Source of the DNA: an uncultured Ignavibacteria bacterium
GTDB lineage: Bacteria > Bacteroidota > Ignavibacteria > Ignavibacteriales > Ignavibacteriaceae
DNA: 64,000 bases
Direction: 5' to 3'
Assembly: GCA_963800255.1 (NCBI GenBank)
Contig: CAWDAK010000016.1
Coordinates: 12,815-76,814, forward strand
The position numbers were made by a program, and so were the translations under genes. The stretch's first letter is position 1. Each line of letters starts with the position of its first letter. Below are positions 62,479 to 64,000 of the stretch, piece after piece. The notes under the pieces were generated by a model. The model ran no database searches. It was not told where the DNA came from and saw only the letters and a program-made list of their open reading frames with translations.

Positions 62479-63999
62479 ACTGGTGTTGCCTGAAATGGCC
62501 ACGTCTTTGAATGTTACGGAGGAATTTTTATCGATGTAAAGGCCGGCTTTTCCGAATATTCCCCATACGCTCCGGTATGATTTCAGGAGGCCGTGCTCAT
62601 TATATATGTTTACAACACTGTTGCTATATATTATTCTTAGCTTCCTGAATCCGCCTGAACCGGCGTCAGCGGGTGTTATTTCGAAGAGTTTCTGAATTTC
62701 ATTTCCGCTAATCCGCTGGAGGGTAAAATTCCCTCCGTCCCTATACTTGAATACGTAATAGTCAAGGGGGGAGGCGTAGCCGATTACCAGGCCCATAACC
62801 GAATTTGATCCGTCAATTTCTGCGCTCACACTGAGGCTTACTTCAAAAAAATCTTTGTTGTAAAGAACAAATTTTTCTGATGATGTGTTGGTGAAAATAA
62901 TCTCTTTGCCTGTTACTGTGCATTCATTTTTATTGATACCGGGGTATATCCATTCGGGATGATCGAATCCTGATGCTGCGAACCGGGTGGATGCATCCTT
63001 AACAGGCGGCGGTGCCTGTTTATTTACTTCAACGGTTACTGGTTTCGTATCCGGCTCTTTTTTCTCAATCAGGTCACTGCATTCTTTTATCAGTCCTTTT
63101 ATTTTCGTATTCATCGGCTGAAGTTCGCCGGCTTTTTTGTAATACTTCAAAGCATCCTGGTAATTCTTGTTCTTCATCAGATTGCCAGCTGTGCTGATAT
63201 AGACAGAGGTAATTGTTTCTATTCCTTCAGTGGCCGCCTGGTGATCAGGCTCGTTCTCTAATATCGATTTATAAATTATGTAAGCGTCATCGTAATCTTT
63301 TTCCTTCAATAGCTGCTCAGCCTGGGCAATCAGCCTGCTGTCAGCATCTTCATTTACTGCCGCAGTTTCAGCATTGCTGCCCTGTTTCTGTATGGGTTCT
63401 GTGTTTGACGAGGTTATTATATTCTTTTCGGAAGGATTTACTCCCGATGATTGATACTGCAGGTATAAAAGGACCAGAATAACAAGGAATACAGCCGCTA
63501 CAGCCACCCAGCCTTTTGAATGCGATTTGTGAGAACGGACTTTTTTGTTTTTAGAGGGTTTTGGCGGGAGAGGTTTTGCTGACTGATCCGGATCTATCTT
63601 TACTATTATAACTGTAACGTTGTCTTTGCCGCCCCTTTCATTAGCAAGACTGATTAAATTATCACAGGCATCGGAAACGCTGTTACGGCTTACTATCTGT
63701 AATATTTCTCCCCTGGTTACCTTTGCCAGACCGTCAGAACATAGTATATAACTCTGTCCTCGTTTTATCTGAAGGTCATCTATTATATCTACCTTTACTC
63801 TTTCATCTACTCCCAGGGCTCTTGCAAGTACTGACTTGGAAGGGTAGTTTCTTGCTTCTTCGGGTGTAAGCAGGCCTTCTCTTAGCATTTCCTGCACTTT
63901 GGTGTGATCGTTTGTTAGCTGTTCTATAGTGTTGTTTTCAATTCTATATATCCTGGAATCACCAACGTGACCAATAACTGCGCGGTCGTTTTTCAGCAC
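62470..63999 (-). CDS. Second receptor-like PP2C phosphatase (paralog of 26488..28353), N-terminus beyond the window
   Basis: GHVGDSRIYRIEN..IEQLT.DHT.VQEMLR.G.LTPEEA.NYPSKSVLARALGVDE.VK.DII.D....GQSYILCSDGLAKV is shared nearly verbatim with pppA. Same TM - TPR - beta-rich C-terminal layout. Confidence 0.85.
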   Translation of the reverse strand: MLKNDRAVIGHVGDSRIYRIENNTIEQLTNDHTKVQEMLREGLLTPEEARNYPSKSVLARALGVDERVKVDIIDDLQIKRGQSYILCSDGLAKVTRGEILQIVSRNSVSDACDNLISLANERGGKDNVTVIIVKIDPDQSAKPLPPKPSKNKKVRSHKSHSKGWVAVAAVFLVILVLLYLQYQSSGVNPSEKNIITSSNTEPIQKQGSNAETAAVNEDADSRLIAQAEQLLKEKDYDDAYIIYKSILENEPDHQAATEGIETITSVYISTAGNLMKNKNYQDALKYYKKAGELQPMNTKIKGLIKECSDLIEKKEPDTKPVTVEVNKQAPPPVKDASTRFAASGFDHPEWIYPGINKNECTVTGKEIIFTNTSSEKFVLYNKDFFEVSLSVSAEIDGSNSVMGLVIGYASPLDYYVFKYRDGGNFTLQRISGNEIQKLFEITPADAGSGGFRKLRIIYSNSVVNIYNEHGLLKSYRSVWGIFGKAGLYIDKNSSVTFKDVAISGNTSLQ

Positions 64000-64000
64000 C

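Overview
The window looks like an FCB-superphylum-like genome: two proteins carry T9SS type-A C-terminal sorting domains, and GGAGG Shine-Dalgarno sites are in use. It splits into two parts.

(1) 1..17.6 kb holds housekeeping and secreted-protein genes: M28 and M13 peptidases, SRPBCC, a DHFR-family gene and a BNR propeller. They are separated by a highly repeated intergenic element family built on the hairpin CGGTGC-NNN-GCACCG. I saw at least 20 cores here and none beyond 17.6 kb.

(2) 17.6..60.6 kb is a single co-directional minus-strand block. It contains a complete T6SS-i-type core: tagH/fha, tssJ, K, L, M, tagF, tssA, B, C, hcp, tssE, F, G, clpV, vgrG and PAAR. Downstream of the core lie:
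- An effector island: a 1291-aa OmpA-like plus HExxH protein, a probable periplasmic immunity protein, a PG-binding protein, a GC-richer gene pair and a DUF1795-like protein.
- An unusual envelope-spanning threonine-phosphorylation module: an FHA-TM-lytic-transglycosylase fusion, a receptor-like PP2C, and a Hanks kinase with a PEGA ectodomain.
- Two TPR/CsgG-like lipoprotein paralogs and an OM beta-barrel.
- A 1207-aa T9SS cargo protein.

Beyond the block are a tandem hairpin array, a Phd/RelE pair and a second PP2C paralog.

Four genes (DHFR-family, trypsin-like protease, ppkA, tssM) are each split by an apparent single-base +1 frameshift. No rRNA, tRNA, CRISPR array or transposase was recognised.
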